Part shown: positions 49,882-59,405 of the stretch, piece by piece
Layout of the letters: every line of letters starts with the position of its first letter
How positions within the stretch are numbered: the first letter of the stretch is position 1
Assembly: GCA_039794005.1 (NCBI GenBank)
Contig: JBAMMA010000006.1
Location: 32,001-96,000, forward strand
Source of the DNA: Thermoplasmata archaeon
GTDB lineage: Archaea > Thermoplasmatota > Thermoplasmata > Thermoplasmatales > ARK-15
Direction: 5' to 3'
Length of the DNA stretch: 64,000 nt
The notes under the pieces: model-generated
What the model was told of the DNA's origin: nothing
Database searches by the model: none
The model's input: the letters and a program-made list of their open reading frames with translations, nothing else
Translations under genes and position numbers: made by a program

Positions 49882-51505
49882 AATCATTGAAAATAAGGAT
49901 ACATTGGTTGAAGAACTTTCTAAAATTGATGATGGAAGCGTAATAGCAATTGCCGGGTTCAACAATTCTGTTACCCCTTTGTACATTATGTATTCATTAA
50001 TAGATTCATATAAAAAATATGGGAGGCCAAAAAACATATTTATTGAGGCAGACTCCTTCCCTGGAGTTCCAGGGACAGGCTTAGACATAATAATGAAAGA
50101 AATTTATGAAAATAGGTGGAAAGATTTCATTTCGGGTATATTAATACCATATTTATATAGATCTGAATACCTACAAAGGCTTGCGATGGAAAATTATTTT
50201 GAAATATATAGCTTCAGCATAGGCATAACAACATCACTTTTCAGGGAACTGGGTTCAGGAAGACCTGGTGTTTTAACAAAGATAGGTCTTGGAACATTTC
50301 ACGATCCAAGGCTTGATAATTCAGCGGTAAATGAAAAAGCGAGAATTAAAAAGAGGTGCAAGGCGGAATTGATTAATATAAATAATGAGGAATACCTTTT
50401 GTATACAGCACCAAAACCACAGATTGCATTTGTAAGGGCCACATCCTCGGACATTGATGGAAATCTTTCTATGGAGGAGGAGGGGATTTATGGTGCGACC
50501 TTGCCTGTGGTTTTGGCGACAAAGTCAAATCCTGGAGGAAAGGTATTTGCTCAGGTAAAATATGTAGTTTCTCAGAAAAGTAGATCCCCGAAGGAAATAC
50601 ATGTACCCGGGCCTCTCGTTGATTATATCGTTCATGCGCCAAAAGAATATGCTCCTCAGGGTTCAACAGTATATTACGATCCCATGATATCTGGCCAGAG
50701 CATACCTAATGAAATAAAAATTAAATTTCCAAACAGGGAGATGGATGAGAGGTTCGTCATAAGGAGGAGGGTTGCTTACGAAATTGCAAAATTGATTGCA
50801 CGTGAAAAGAGAGACATAATAGTAAATTTTGGTACGGGCCTTCCAACAGAAATATCTTCCGTTTTGGCTGAGGAGGGCATATCTGAATGTATTCATACCA
50901 CAGTTGAATCGGGACCTTGGGGAGGTGTTGCATTAACCGGAAATGATTTTGGACTTTCATATGGCCCTTATTCAATAATACAACAGGCCGATCAATTTAT
51001 CGTTTATGAGGGAGGAATTGCAGATTTGACATCACTAGGTTTTCTGGAGGTTGATAAAAATGGAAACGTGAATCCATCGTATACTGGCGAAAGGATACCT
51101 GGTCCGGGTGGATTTTCTGACATATCGAGCGGAATTAATAGGATATATTTTGCTGGCGGTTTTACAGGAGGCGAAAGAGATATAAGAGTACATGAAAATA
51201 AATTAATAATAAAAAAGGATGGAGACATTATAAAATTCGTTGAAAGAGTGAAAAAGGTATTTTTCTCTGGGGAATATGCAATAAAAAGGAAAAAGGAAGT
51301 ATTATACATAACTGAAAGGGCAGTATTTACCCTGACGGAAAGTGGGTTAAAATTGATAGAGATAGCCCCCGGGGTTGATATAGATAAGGACATTTTGGAA
51401 AAGATGGAATTCAAGCCAATTATTGATGAATATGATTTTATACCAGAGATTATATTTTCAAATAAAAAAATGAATTTAAAGGAAATATCAAATTGTTTGA
51501 TATAG
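49856..51505 (+). CDS. Fused family I acyl-CoA transferase (propionate/acetate CoA-transferase, YdiF-like)
   Basis: TKIGLGTFHDPR, NFGTGLP, catalytic TVESG, GPGGF.DI and YITERAVF..LIEIAPG. Confidence 0.9.
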   Translation: MVKMVIRNKIIENKDTLVEELSKIDDGSVIAIAGFNNSVTPLYIMYSLIDSYKKYGRPKNIFIEADSFPGVPGTGLDIIMKEIYENRWKDFISGILIPYLYRSEYLQRLAMENYFEIYSFSIGITTSLFRELGSGRPGVLTKIGLGTFHDPRLDNSAVNEKARIKKRCKAELININNEEYLLYTAPKPQIAFVRATSSDIDGNLSMEEEGIYGATLPVVLATKSNPGGKVFAQVKYVVSQKSRSPKEIHVPGPLVDYIVHAPKEYAPQGSTVYYDPMISGQSIPNEIKIKFPNREMDERFVIRRRVAYEIAKLIAREKRDIIVNFGTGLPTEISSVLAEEGISECIHTTVESGPWGGVALTGNDFGLSYGPYSIIQQADQFIVYEGGIADLTSLGFLEVDKNGNVNPSYTGERIPGPGGFSDISSGINRIYFAGGFTGGERDIRVHENKLIIKKDGDIIKFVERVKKVFFSGEYAIKRKKEVLYITERAVFTLTESGLKLIEIAPGVDIDKDILEKMEFKPIIDEYDFIPEIIFSNKKMNLKEISNCLI

Positions 51506-52965
51506 GGGTGAAAGGATTGGATAATATTAATGAATTGATTGAAAAATACAAGTCAATTGAGGCAATAAATCATGCAAAGAGGTTGATGTTTTGGGACATG
51601 GAGACGGTAATGCCGCCGTCTGGGATAGAGGAGAGGTCTGAAGTTTTATCAAATATTGAAAACTATCAAAAGAAGATGTATCTGGAATTGAAGGATCTGG
51701 TAGATAAAATTGAAGAGAATGATGATTATTCAGAGGCAATAAAAAGGATATTAAAAAAGCAAATACACTATTATTCATCATTGCCCGATGAAATCAACAG
51801 GGAGATCACAAAAATATCTGCCATTGCAGAGAGTGTTTGGAAAATTGCCAAGAATAGAAATAATTTCAAAATTGTCGAACCATATTTAGAAAAAATTGTA
51901 GACTTGGAGATTAAAATAACCGAATACCTTGGATATAAAAAGCATCCGTATGATGCATTGCTTGATAATTATGAAGAAGATTTTACAGTTGATGATGGAG
52001 ATAAAGTATTCGATTATTTAATAAGAGAGACAAAAGGAATGATAGATAAGGTGATGGATAAAGAATTTTCAAAAACACAAAAAATAAAAAATGAAAAATA
52101 TAAAAAGGAATGGATGGTTTCAATATCGAATGATCTAAAAAATATATTCAAAATACCTGAAGACAAATTTAGGATTGATGAATCCGTTCATCCATTCACA
52201 ATAAATATTTCACCAGACGATGTTAGAATTACAACAAAATTTGAGCTTATTGACTTCAAAAAATCGCTTTTTGCAACAATACACGAAATGGGACATGCTA
52301 TATATCTTTTAAACATTAACAAGGAATATGGATGCACTCCATTATATTCATCGCCATCGTTTGGGTTTGATGAATCACAATCAAGGTTTCTTGAAAATTT
52401 CATAGGTAAAAGCAAAGAATTCACCGAATTTTTTTATCCAATTTTGAAAAGACATCTGCCATTCATTAAAAAATATGATACTGATGAAATATACTATTAT
52501 TTCAACAATATAGATAGAACGCCAATTAGAATTGATGCTGATGAATTGACTTATAATATTCATATTGCAATAAGGTATGATATTGAAAAGAATTTGATTG
52601 AAGGTAAATATAAAGTTAGTGAAATACCTGAAATATGGGATTCCAAAATGGAGGAATACCTGGGGATTAGGCCTAGGAATCACAAGGAGGGAATTCTTCA
52701 AGACATACACTGGTATCAGGGGAGTTTTGGTTACTTTCCAACATATACACTTGGAAACATAATAGCTGCAATAATATGGTATAAAATAGAAAATATCAGA
52801 GAACATTTAATGAATGGTGATTTTGACCAAATCTTTGAATTTCTTAAAAATAATATACACATATATGGTGCCCTATACTCGCCAAAGGATTTGCTAAGAA
52901 GATCATTTAACGAAGATTATAATCCAGAATATTTAATAAAATATTTTAAAGAAAAATTTATTTAA
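51493..52965 (+). CDS. Carboxypeptidase M32 (Taq/Pfu type)
   Basis: HPF, HEMGH, DESQS, IRIDADE, LQDIHW and GYFPTYTLG. Confidence 0.93.
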   Translation: MFDIGVKGLDNINELIEKYKSIEAINHAKRLMFWDMETVMPPSGIEERSEVLSNIENYQKKMYLELKDLVDKIEENDDYSEAIKRILKKQIHYYSSLPDEINREITKISAIAESVWKIAKNRNNFKIVEPYLEKIVDLEIKITEYLGYKKHPYDALLDNYEEDFTVDDGDKVFDYLIRETKGMIDKVMDKEFSKTQKIKNEKYKKEWMVSISNDLKNIFKIPEDKFRIDESVHPFTINISPDDVRITTKFELIDFKKSLFATIHEMGHAIYLLNINKEYGCTPLYSSPSFGFDESQSRFLENFIGKSKEFTEFFYPILKRHLPFIKKYDTDEIYYYFNNIDRTPIRIDADELTYNIHIAIRYDIEKNLIEGKYKVSEIPEIWDSKMEEYLGIRPRNHKEGILQDIHWYQGSFGYFPTYTLGNIIAAIIWYKIENIREHLMNGDFDQIFEFLKNNIHIYGALYSPKDLLRRSFNEDYNPEYLIKYFKEKFI

Positions 52966-53100
52966 AAAGGTAAATATTTCTATTAAATTATATTGATAAC
53001 ATACTTTAAAATAAAAATTTTATTATTTTTATTTTCAATTTCAAATATAAATTAATTAAGTTTTCGAAAAATTTAAATAGTATATAAATATTTAATCTAT

Positions 53101-53388
53101 ATGTCTGAACTTGCCATCAAGGTGGGCAAGGTAATAGCTATTAGAGGAAACATGTTGATTGCAAAATCTTTCAAGGTTCCTAATGTTGGAGATGAGGTAT
53201 ACGATTCTAATGGAAAACTTGTGGGACGTATAATTAACATTTTTGGTCCAGTAAATTCACCGTATTTCAGAGTAAGGATAGAAAAGGGGAAGGAGGTAAA
53301 AGGTTATTTGTTTACAAAAGGTGATAAAGATGGCGGAGGAAGAAAGGAAGGAAAAAAGGGACATAAGGAATTGGATAGAAGAGATTGA
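53101..53388 (+). CDS. gar1: H/ACA RNP protein Gar1/Naf1
   Basis: [15 protein letters not shown]; conserved position upstream of tfb. Confidence 0.85.
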   Translation: MSELAIKVGKVIAIRGNMLIAKSFKVPNVGDEVYDSNGKLVGRIINIFGPVNSPYFRVRIEKGKEVKGYLFTKGDKDGGGRKEGKKGHKELDRRD

Positions 53389-54286
53389 TAAATGTCCTAA
53401 ATGCGGTTCAACACACCTCGCCAGAGATTATGAGAGAGGCGAATTGACCTGTCTAGACTGCGGTTTTGTCATTGATGAGGGATATATAGACCAGGGACCA
53501 GATTGGAGAGCTTTTGATGCAGAACAAAAAGAGGAAAGGGTTAGAACCGGAGCACCCATGACATATACAATACACGATAAGGGATTATCAACTGAAATTT
53601 CTTGGAAAAACAAGGATTCATATGGGAAAAATATTCCAACAAGAAACAGGTCTCAATTATATAGATTGAGGAAATGGCAAAGAAGGATAAAGGTTTCAAA
53701 TGCTGCGGAGAGAAATCTTTCGCAGGCCCTCCAGGAACTTGAGAGAATGGCAAGCAATTTAAACCTTTCTAAGGAGGTAAGGGAAGCTGCCGCTGTAATA
53801 TACAGGAAAGCCGTGAGGGAAAACATGATAAGGGGCAGGAGCATTGAAGGCGTTGTTGCAGCGAGCATATATGCCGCATGCAGGCAGTTAGGTATACCGA
53901 GGACACTTGAGGAAATTGCATCAATAACGAGAATAAAGAAGAAAGACATAGGGAGGATATTCAGGATAATGTCCAGGACTTTGAAGCTAGGTCTATTCCC
54001 ATCAAAACCAGAGGAATATGTTGACAGGTTCTGCGCAAAACTTAATTTATCTCCAAAGGTAAAAAACAGGACAATGGAGATAATAAAAATGGCGGAAGAA
54101 AAGGGATTATCTTCTGGAAGAGGTCCAACAGGGCTTGTTGCGGCCGCCCTTTATATTGCATCCGTAATGGAAAATGAAAGAAGAACACAGAGGGAAATAG
54201 CAGAAGTAGCTGGAGTTACAGAAGTAACAATAAGAAACAGATACAAAGAGATGGCTGAAAAATTGGGTTTAAAAATAGATATTTAA
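53330..54286 (+). CDS. tfb: Transcription initiation factor B
   Basis: Zn ribbon [18 protein letters not shown] and two cyclin repeats (GRSIEG; [18 protein letters not shown]). Confidence 0.97.
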   Translation: MAEEERKEKRDIRNWIEEIDKCPKCGSTHLARDYERGELTCLDCGFVIDEGYIDQGPDWRAFDAEQKEERVRTGAPMTYTIHDKGLSTEISWKNKDSYGKNIPTRNRSQLYRLRKWQRRIKVSNAAERNLSQALQELERMASNLNLSKEVREAAAVIYRKAVRENMIRGRSIEGVVAASIYAACRQLGIPRTLEEIASITRIKKKDIGRIFRIMSRTLKLGLFPSKPEEYVDRFCAKLNLSPKVKNRTMEIIKMAEEKGLSSGRGPTGLVAAALYIASVMENERRTQREIAEVAGVTEVTIRNRYKEMAEKLGLKIDI

Positions 54287-54317
54287 AATTTTTAAAATTT
54301 ATTTATATATCTTATTA

Positions 54318-54333
54318 GAAAGCTTTATATATT
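54318..54333 (+). promoter_or_regulatory. BRE-TATA promoter (GAAAGCTTTATATATT)
   Basis: Canonical purine-rich BRE followed by TTTATATA, about 35-45 nt upstream of ATG 54365. Confidence 0.55.
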
Positions 54334-54364
54334 ATTAACTATTATATATTTAAGGTGAAGTTTT

Positions 54365-54721
54365 ATGGTAGAATTTGATGAAAAGGATGAGGAGTTGGTA
54401 AAGGATCTTGTATCCGCAGGTTTACAGAAAAATATTGCTAGGAGTTTGGTTTATTTAAAAAAGGTAGATGAGGCTACTTCAGTTGAAATTGAAAGGTCAG
54501 CAAAATTAAGGCAACCAGAGGTATCAATAGCAATGCAGTGGCTGGAAAAGAAAGGTTGGATTACAAAAAGGGATATTAAGAAAGAGGGAAAGGGAAGACC
54601 GGTATATAAATATAAATTGGCTAAATCCTTCAAGGACATTGTCAATGAAATTGAGAATGATTTAAAGGCAAAGATTGATGAAATACAAAAAGTAATACAG
54701 GATTTAAAATCAATTACCTGA
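54365..54721 (+). CDS. Winged-helix transcriptional regulator (TrmB/ArsR-like)
   Basis: SVEIERSAKLRQPEVSIAM...GKGRPVYKY. Confidence 0.8.
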   Translation: MVEFDEKDEELVKDLVSAGLQKNIARSLVYLKKVDEATSVEIERSAKLRQPEVSIAMQWLEKKGWITKRDIKKEGKGRPVYKYKLAKSFKDIVNEIENDLKAKIDEIQKVIQDLKSIT

Positions 54722-55327
54722 TTTTCTATTTTTATATATTTTATATATTATATATATAAGTATTAGTATCCCTATTATAATAATAACAGGATCCAATGAA
54801 GATATGACATTTACTATTATATTCCAGTTACTTCCAAGATAATATGCCGTGTAAGATAAAATTACACTCCATATGAGTGTTCCAAGGAATGTGTAAATTG
54901 AAAATTTTACTATGTTCATTTTACCTATGCCTGCGGGCAGGGATATTATTCCCCTTATAACCGGTAAAAGTCTTGCTATAAAAACTGATTCAGGGCCATA
55001 TTTATTAAACCATCTCTCAGCCCTTTCAAGGTCTTCCTCGTATATGAAAAAATATTTACCATATTTTATTATCAATTCTCTTCCTCCAAAATATCCTATA
55101 TAATATGCTATCAATGAACCTGCCAATCCCCCCAGCGTTGAAAACATTATAACGAGGTAAATGTTCAAATAATTGAGATATGCGAGATATGCAGAAAATG
55201 GAATTATTACCTCGCTAGGCAATGGAAGCATTGCAGATTCCAATGTCATTAAAATGAATATACCAAGATATCCATGCTCTTTCAGATAATTTATTACGAA
55301 ATTTACAACCACGGAAGATATCGACAT
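54710..55327 (-). CDS. DedA-family membrane protein
   Basis: ESAMLPLPSE, GR, F.KYG and RLLPVIRGIISLPAG. Confidence 0.92.
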   Translation of the reverse strand: MSISSVVVNFVINYLKEHGYLGIFILMTLESAMLPLPSEVIIPFSAYLAYLNYLNIYLVIMFSTLGGLAGSLIAYYIGYFGGRELIIKYGKYFFIYEEDLERAERWFNKYGPESVFIARLLPVIRGIISLPAGIGKMNIVKFSIYTFLGTLIWSVILSYTAYYLGSNWNIIVNVISSLDPVIIIIGILILIYIIYKIYKNRKSGN

Positions 55328-55402
55328 CTTGAATTATCACCAAACAATGTTTCAAATAAAAAGCATAAATAAAAATTTATTTGTTTTAAAAAATTTAAAA
55401 AT

Positions 55403-56764
55403 TCATGAGTCTAAAAATGCCCTGTAGGCTTCATACGTGCTGTAAAGATCTAATTTGCTAACTATTTCAAACGGGGAATGCATACTCATCAAGCCTGGCC
55501 CTATGTCAATTACCTCCATTCCATACTTTGCAAAGTATTTTGCTACTGTTCCACCGCCACCTTCATCCACCTTCCCCAAAAGGCCAAATTGATATTTTAT
55601 GTTATTCTTCTCAAATATTGAAACCATTTCGGCCACGAGTTCTGCCCTCGCTTCACTCGTTGAATATTTTCCTCCGGATCCGGTATATTTTGTTATTATA
55701 ACACCGTGACCGGCCTTTGCTGCGTTCAACATATCATGAACACTCTTAAATAATGGATTCACGACGGCATTAACATCTGCACTTATCACTTTGCTCTTAT
55801 GCAAAATATCCAAATATAAAGAATATGAATATTCAACCCCTGCCGCATCCAGCGCCTTTGTTATAACATATTCAATCAAATTGCTCTGTGCACCTGTATT
55901 TCCATCACTTCCAATCTCTTCCCTATCCAATAATATCACTATTTCATTTCCATTTTTTCTTGAATCCATCAGTGCATGAAATGATGTGAATGCACAAATT
56001 CTATCATCCTGTCCATATCCACCCACCATGGATTTGTCAAATCCAACATCCCTTGCACGTCCCGCAGGTACAATTTCTATATCTGATGAATATAAATCCG
56101 TTTCATCAATGTTGTATTTTTCCTTTAGCAATTTCAATATGAATGATTTGAGTGGATTCTTTTCATCGGATTTATCAGGCATGTGTGATGCCAGGATTTG
56201 CAGATCCTCACCTTCAAAGCCTTCAAGGAGTTTTTTCTCACCCTGTACCTTCTTGGCTAAATGAGGCAAAAGGTCTGGTATGGTAAAAACAGGGTCTTCT
56301 TCATTTTCACCAATGTTTATCTTTACCTTTGTCCCATCCTTCTTTACAACTATTCCTTTAATAGCCAATGGCCTACTTACCCATTGATATTTCTTTATCC
56401 CACCATAATAATGCGTTTTAAATAAAACGGTCTCTGTATCTTTATCTTCAACTATAGGATAAGGCTTTAGATCGAGCCTCGGGGAATCAATATGCGCTGC
56501 AATTATTTTGAATCCATTTTCAAAACTGCCAGAAAGATTTACAAACGCTATGGCTTTACCATTTTTCTTTATGTAAAATTTATTTCCTCTATATCCTTGA
56601 TAATATTCTTCAAATCCATTTTCCCTGGCAATGTTTTCAAAATATTCCACAGCTTCTCTTTCAGTTTTTACGTTGCTCAAGAATTCTTTATATTTCTCTG
56701 CAAATTCAAATACCTTCTTTTTTTTATTTTCATCTATTTCATACCAACCACTTTTATTTTCCAT
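55403..56764 (-). CDS. M18 aminopeptidase
   Basis: KTERE, AHIDSPRLDLKP, YYGGIKKYQW, GQDDR, EEIGS, GGGT and MHSP. Confidence 0.92.
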   Translation of the reverse strand: MENKSGWYEIDENKKKKVFEFAEKYKEFLSNVKTEREAVEYFENIARENGFEEYYQGYRGNKFYIKKNGKAIAFVNLSGSFENGFKIIAAHIDSPRLDLKPYPIVEDKDTETVLFKTHYYGGIKKYQWVSRPLAIKGIVVKKDGTKVKINIGENEEDPVFTIPDLLPHLAKKVQGEKKLLEGFEGEDLQILASHMPDKSDEKNPLKSFILKLLKEKYNIDETDLYSSDIEIVPAGRARDVGFDKSMVGGYGQDDRICAFTSFHALMDSRKNGNEIVILLDREEIGSDGNTGAQSNLIEYVITKALDAAGVEYSYSLYLDILHKSKVISADVNAVVNPLFKSVHDMLNAAKAGHGVIITKYTGSGGKYSTSEARAELVAEMVSIFEKNNIKYQFGLLGKVDEGGGGTVAKYFAKYGMEVIDIGPGLMSMHSPFEIVSKLDLYSTYEAYRAFLDS

Positions 56765-56768
56765 ATTT

Positions 56769-57584
56769 TCACCTCTCTATGACAATTGAAGCATAACCAA
56801 CTACATCCTTCATCTTGACAATATCACCACTTGTGGCATATTTCAAAAGCCTTGGATTTCCATTAAGGGCCATAATTGCAGTGGCAATAGGCCCATATCC
56901 ACATGCTGTGACCTCTCCACTTTCAACATATTCATAAAATGATTTTACATCTTTATTTAGAAGTTTTTCAATTGCAATCAAATCGTTTCTATATGCAACT
57001 TCCTTAGGAACATAATGGGAAAAATCTGATGATGCAATTAAAACTGCATTATAATCGTTTATTGCATCCTTTATTATTCCAGACAAAATTTTTGCAAATT
57101 CATAATATTGTGATAACATGACTATAGGAACTATTTTTATATCGTGCTTTAAATATTGAAGAAAAGGAAGCTGTACTTCTATGGAATGTTCAAATGCATG
57201 TGCCTCCTTTGAAACATCAACGATATCCCTTATGATTCTTCTGTTCAATTCTTCATCTATCTTTACCCTTCCAAAGGGTGTATAATAATCCTCTGTGGTG
57301 GCCGATATAGCACTGCCTATTCCTGTGTGGTTTGGACCTATGATTATAAATGTTTCCGGATATCCATCTTTTGCCAATTCACTATAAAAATGGGCTGCAA
57401 CAGGTCCGGAATAAAAATACCCTGCATGAGGAACGATTCCACCCAACACCTTTCCCAACCTTATTGTATTTAGTGAAGGTATTTTTCCAGGACCTATTGG
57501 ATGTAAATATGATTCCTCTATAGCCATTTTTAGGTCTTTTGGATTTGATGGATAGAACTGTCCGGCAACGGCAGGCATCCTCAT
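56769..57584 (-). CDS. MEMO1-family protein
   Basis: [38 protein letters not shown] and CGYGP. Confidence 0.92.
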   Translation of the reverse strand: MRMPAVAGQFYPSNPKDLKMAIEESYLHPIGPGKIPSLNTIRLGKVLGGIVPHAGYFYSGPVAAHFYSELAKDGYPETFIIIGPNHTGIGSAISATTEDYYTPFGRVKIDEELNRRIIRDIVDVSKEAHAFEHSIEVQLPFLQYLKHDIKIVPIVMLSQYYEFAKILSGIIKDAINDYNAVLIASSDFSHYVPKEVAYRNDLIAIEKLLNKDVKSFYEYVESGEVTACGYGPIATAIMALNGNPRLLKYATSGDIVKMKDVVGYASIVIER

Positions 57585-58177
57585 AAGGGTGCCTCGAAGT
57601 CTTCCGGTTTATATGGAAATTCCTCGTAATTCTTTATCTTTCCGTAGTTTAACATTGCCTCTCTGGCAAGGAGATAATAAACTAAAGACAAAGCCTTCCT
57701 ACCCTTGTTGTTTGTAGGAATTACCAAATCCACATAGGATATCCTATTGTTAACATCACACAATGCAATTATAGGTATTCCAATCTTCACGGCCTCTTTC
57801 ATTGCCTGCTGGTCTATGATTGGATCATTGATTATTATCAAATCCGCCTCAACGTAATTCGGCAATTCTGGGTTTGTCAAAGTACCTGGTATAAACCTGC
57901 CCGCTATTGCTTTCGTTCCAACAACCTCTGAAAACTTTTTGATTGGTTGGTGTGCATACTGTCTCTGGGCAACAAGAAGAACCTTTGATGGTTCATATCT
58001 GGATATGAATTTCCCGGCAATCCTTATCCTGGAATCTGTCTTTGATATATCCAGAATATAGAGACCATCGGACCTAATTTTGTATATAAAAGATGTCATA
58101 TGCTTTGTCTTTACCTGCGTACCTATCTGTACTCCGGCCTTCAAATATTCATCCTCTGAAACTAATAAATCCACCAT
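57581..58177 (-). CDS. rps2: 30S ribosomal protein S2 (uS2)
   Basis: [19 protein letters not shown] and [11 protein letters not shown]. Confidence 0.96.
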   Translation of the reverse strand: MVDLLVSEDEYLKAGVQIGTQVKTKHMTSFIYKIRSDGLYILDISKTDSRIRIAGKFISRYEPSKVLLVAQRQYAHQPIKKFSEVVGTKAIAGRFIPGTLTNPELPNYVEADLIIINDPIIDQQAMKEAVKIGIPIIALCDVNNRISYVDLVIPTNNKGRKALSLVYYLLAREAMLNYGKIKNYEEFPYKPEDFEAPL

Positions 58178-58179
58178 GC

Positions 58180-59388
58180 TTAATCCTCCATATACTCTTC
58201 TATTCTAATTAGCTGGTTCAACTTTGATGTTCTCTCCCCTCCAATAGCACCCGTCTTTATATATTCTCCGCCAACGCCAACTGCAATCTCGGCTAGCGCA
58301 TTATCCTCAGTTTCACCACTCCTGTGGGATACGATTGTCGTATATGCAGCCTCCTTTGCCATCTTTGTTGTTTTGATGAAATCTGTTAAAGTTCCTATCT
58401 GGTTTGGCTTTAATAATATTGCATTTGCAGAATCGGATTCAATGCCCTTCATAAGTCTGTCAGGATTTGTTACGAAAAGATCATCGCCTACAACCAAGGT
58501 TTTAGAGCCTACCAGTCTGGTCAATTTTGAAAATCCTTCAAAATCATTTTCCTCCAAAGGATCTTCTAAATATTTAATTTCATACTCATCCACTAAACCT
58601 TCCAAAAATTCTATCTGCTCATCTTTTTCCAATTCTCTGCCTTTGTAAATATATTTTCCATTGCTAAAGAATGATGTTGCGGCCACATCCAAGCCTGGGA
58701 ATATTTCTATGTCATATCTGCTTCTAAAATCATCTATAACGGATTTTAATATTTTTAAAGCCTCCTCATCATTTAGTGGAGCAACCCAGGCCCTTTCGTC
58801 TCCAACACCAATGGAAATGTTCGGGAATTTATCCCTTAATTTTTTGCCAACCGCTTTGTGTATTTCAGCATTAATGAATATTGATTCTGAAACCTTTCTA
58901 GCGTGTGATATAACAAGGAATTCCTGTATTGTAGTTCCATTTATTGCATGCTTTCCTCCCCCGATGATGTTTGCAACCGGGATGGGCATTCTAATTGAAA
59001 CATGGCCCCCCAAATATCTATGTAATGGCAAACCTATGTCATTGGCGGCCGCCTTTGCAACAGATATTGAAGTTGCAATGGCCAAATTTCCACCGATGGT
59101 AGAGAAGTTTGTTGTTCCATCTATGGTATGCAAAATATGGTCTATGTATTTTTGGTTGAATACATCCTGACCTATCAATTCAGGGGCAACCTTTTCTTTG
59201 AATATCTTAAGAGATTCATCAATACCCCTGGGTGGATAGTCCTTCACTTCATTACTCCCCTTACTTGCACCTGAGGGTGCAATTGCTATCCCAACGGCAT
59301 TATTGTCTGTATGTATTTCAACCTCTATGGTTGGATTGCCCCGGGAATCCAAGACCTTTCTAGCAAATGCAGCATCAATAATACTCAT
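58180..59388 (-). CDS. eno: Enolase
   Basis: [30 protein letters not shown] and SHRSGETED. Confidence 0.96.
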   Translation of the reverse strand: MSIIDAAFARKVLDSRGNPTIEVEIHTDNNAVGIAIAPSGASKGSNEVKDYPPRGIDESLKIFKEKVAPELIGQDVFNQKYIDHILHTIDGTTNFSTIGGNLAIATSISVAKAAANDIGLPLHRYLGGHVSIRMPIPVANIIGGGKHAINGTTIQEFLVISHARKVSESIFINAEIHKAVGKKLRDKFPNISIGVGDERAWVAPLNDEEALKILKSVIDDFRSRYDIEIFPGLDVAATSFFSNGKYIYKGRELEKDEQIEFLEGLVDEYEIKYLEDPLEENDFEGFSKLTRLVGSKTLVVGDDLFVTNPDRLMKGIESDSANAILLKPNQIGTLTDFIKTTKMAKEAAYTTIVSHRSGETEDNALAEIAVGVGGEYIKTGAIGGERTSKLNQLIRIEEYMED

Positions 59389-59405
59389 GATATCACCATA
59401 TTATT

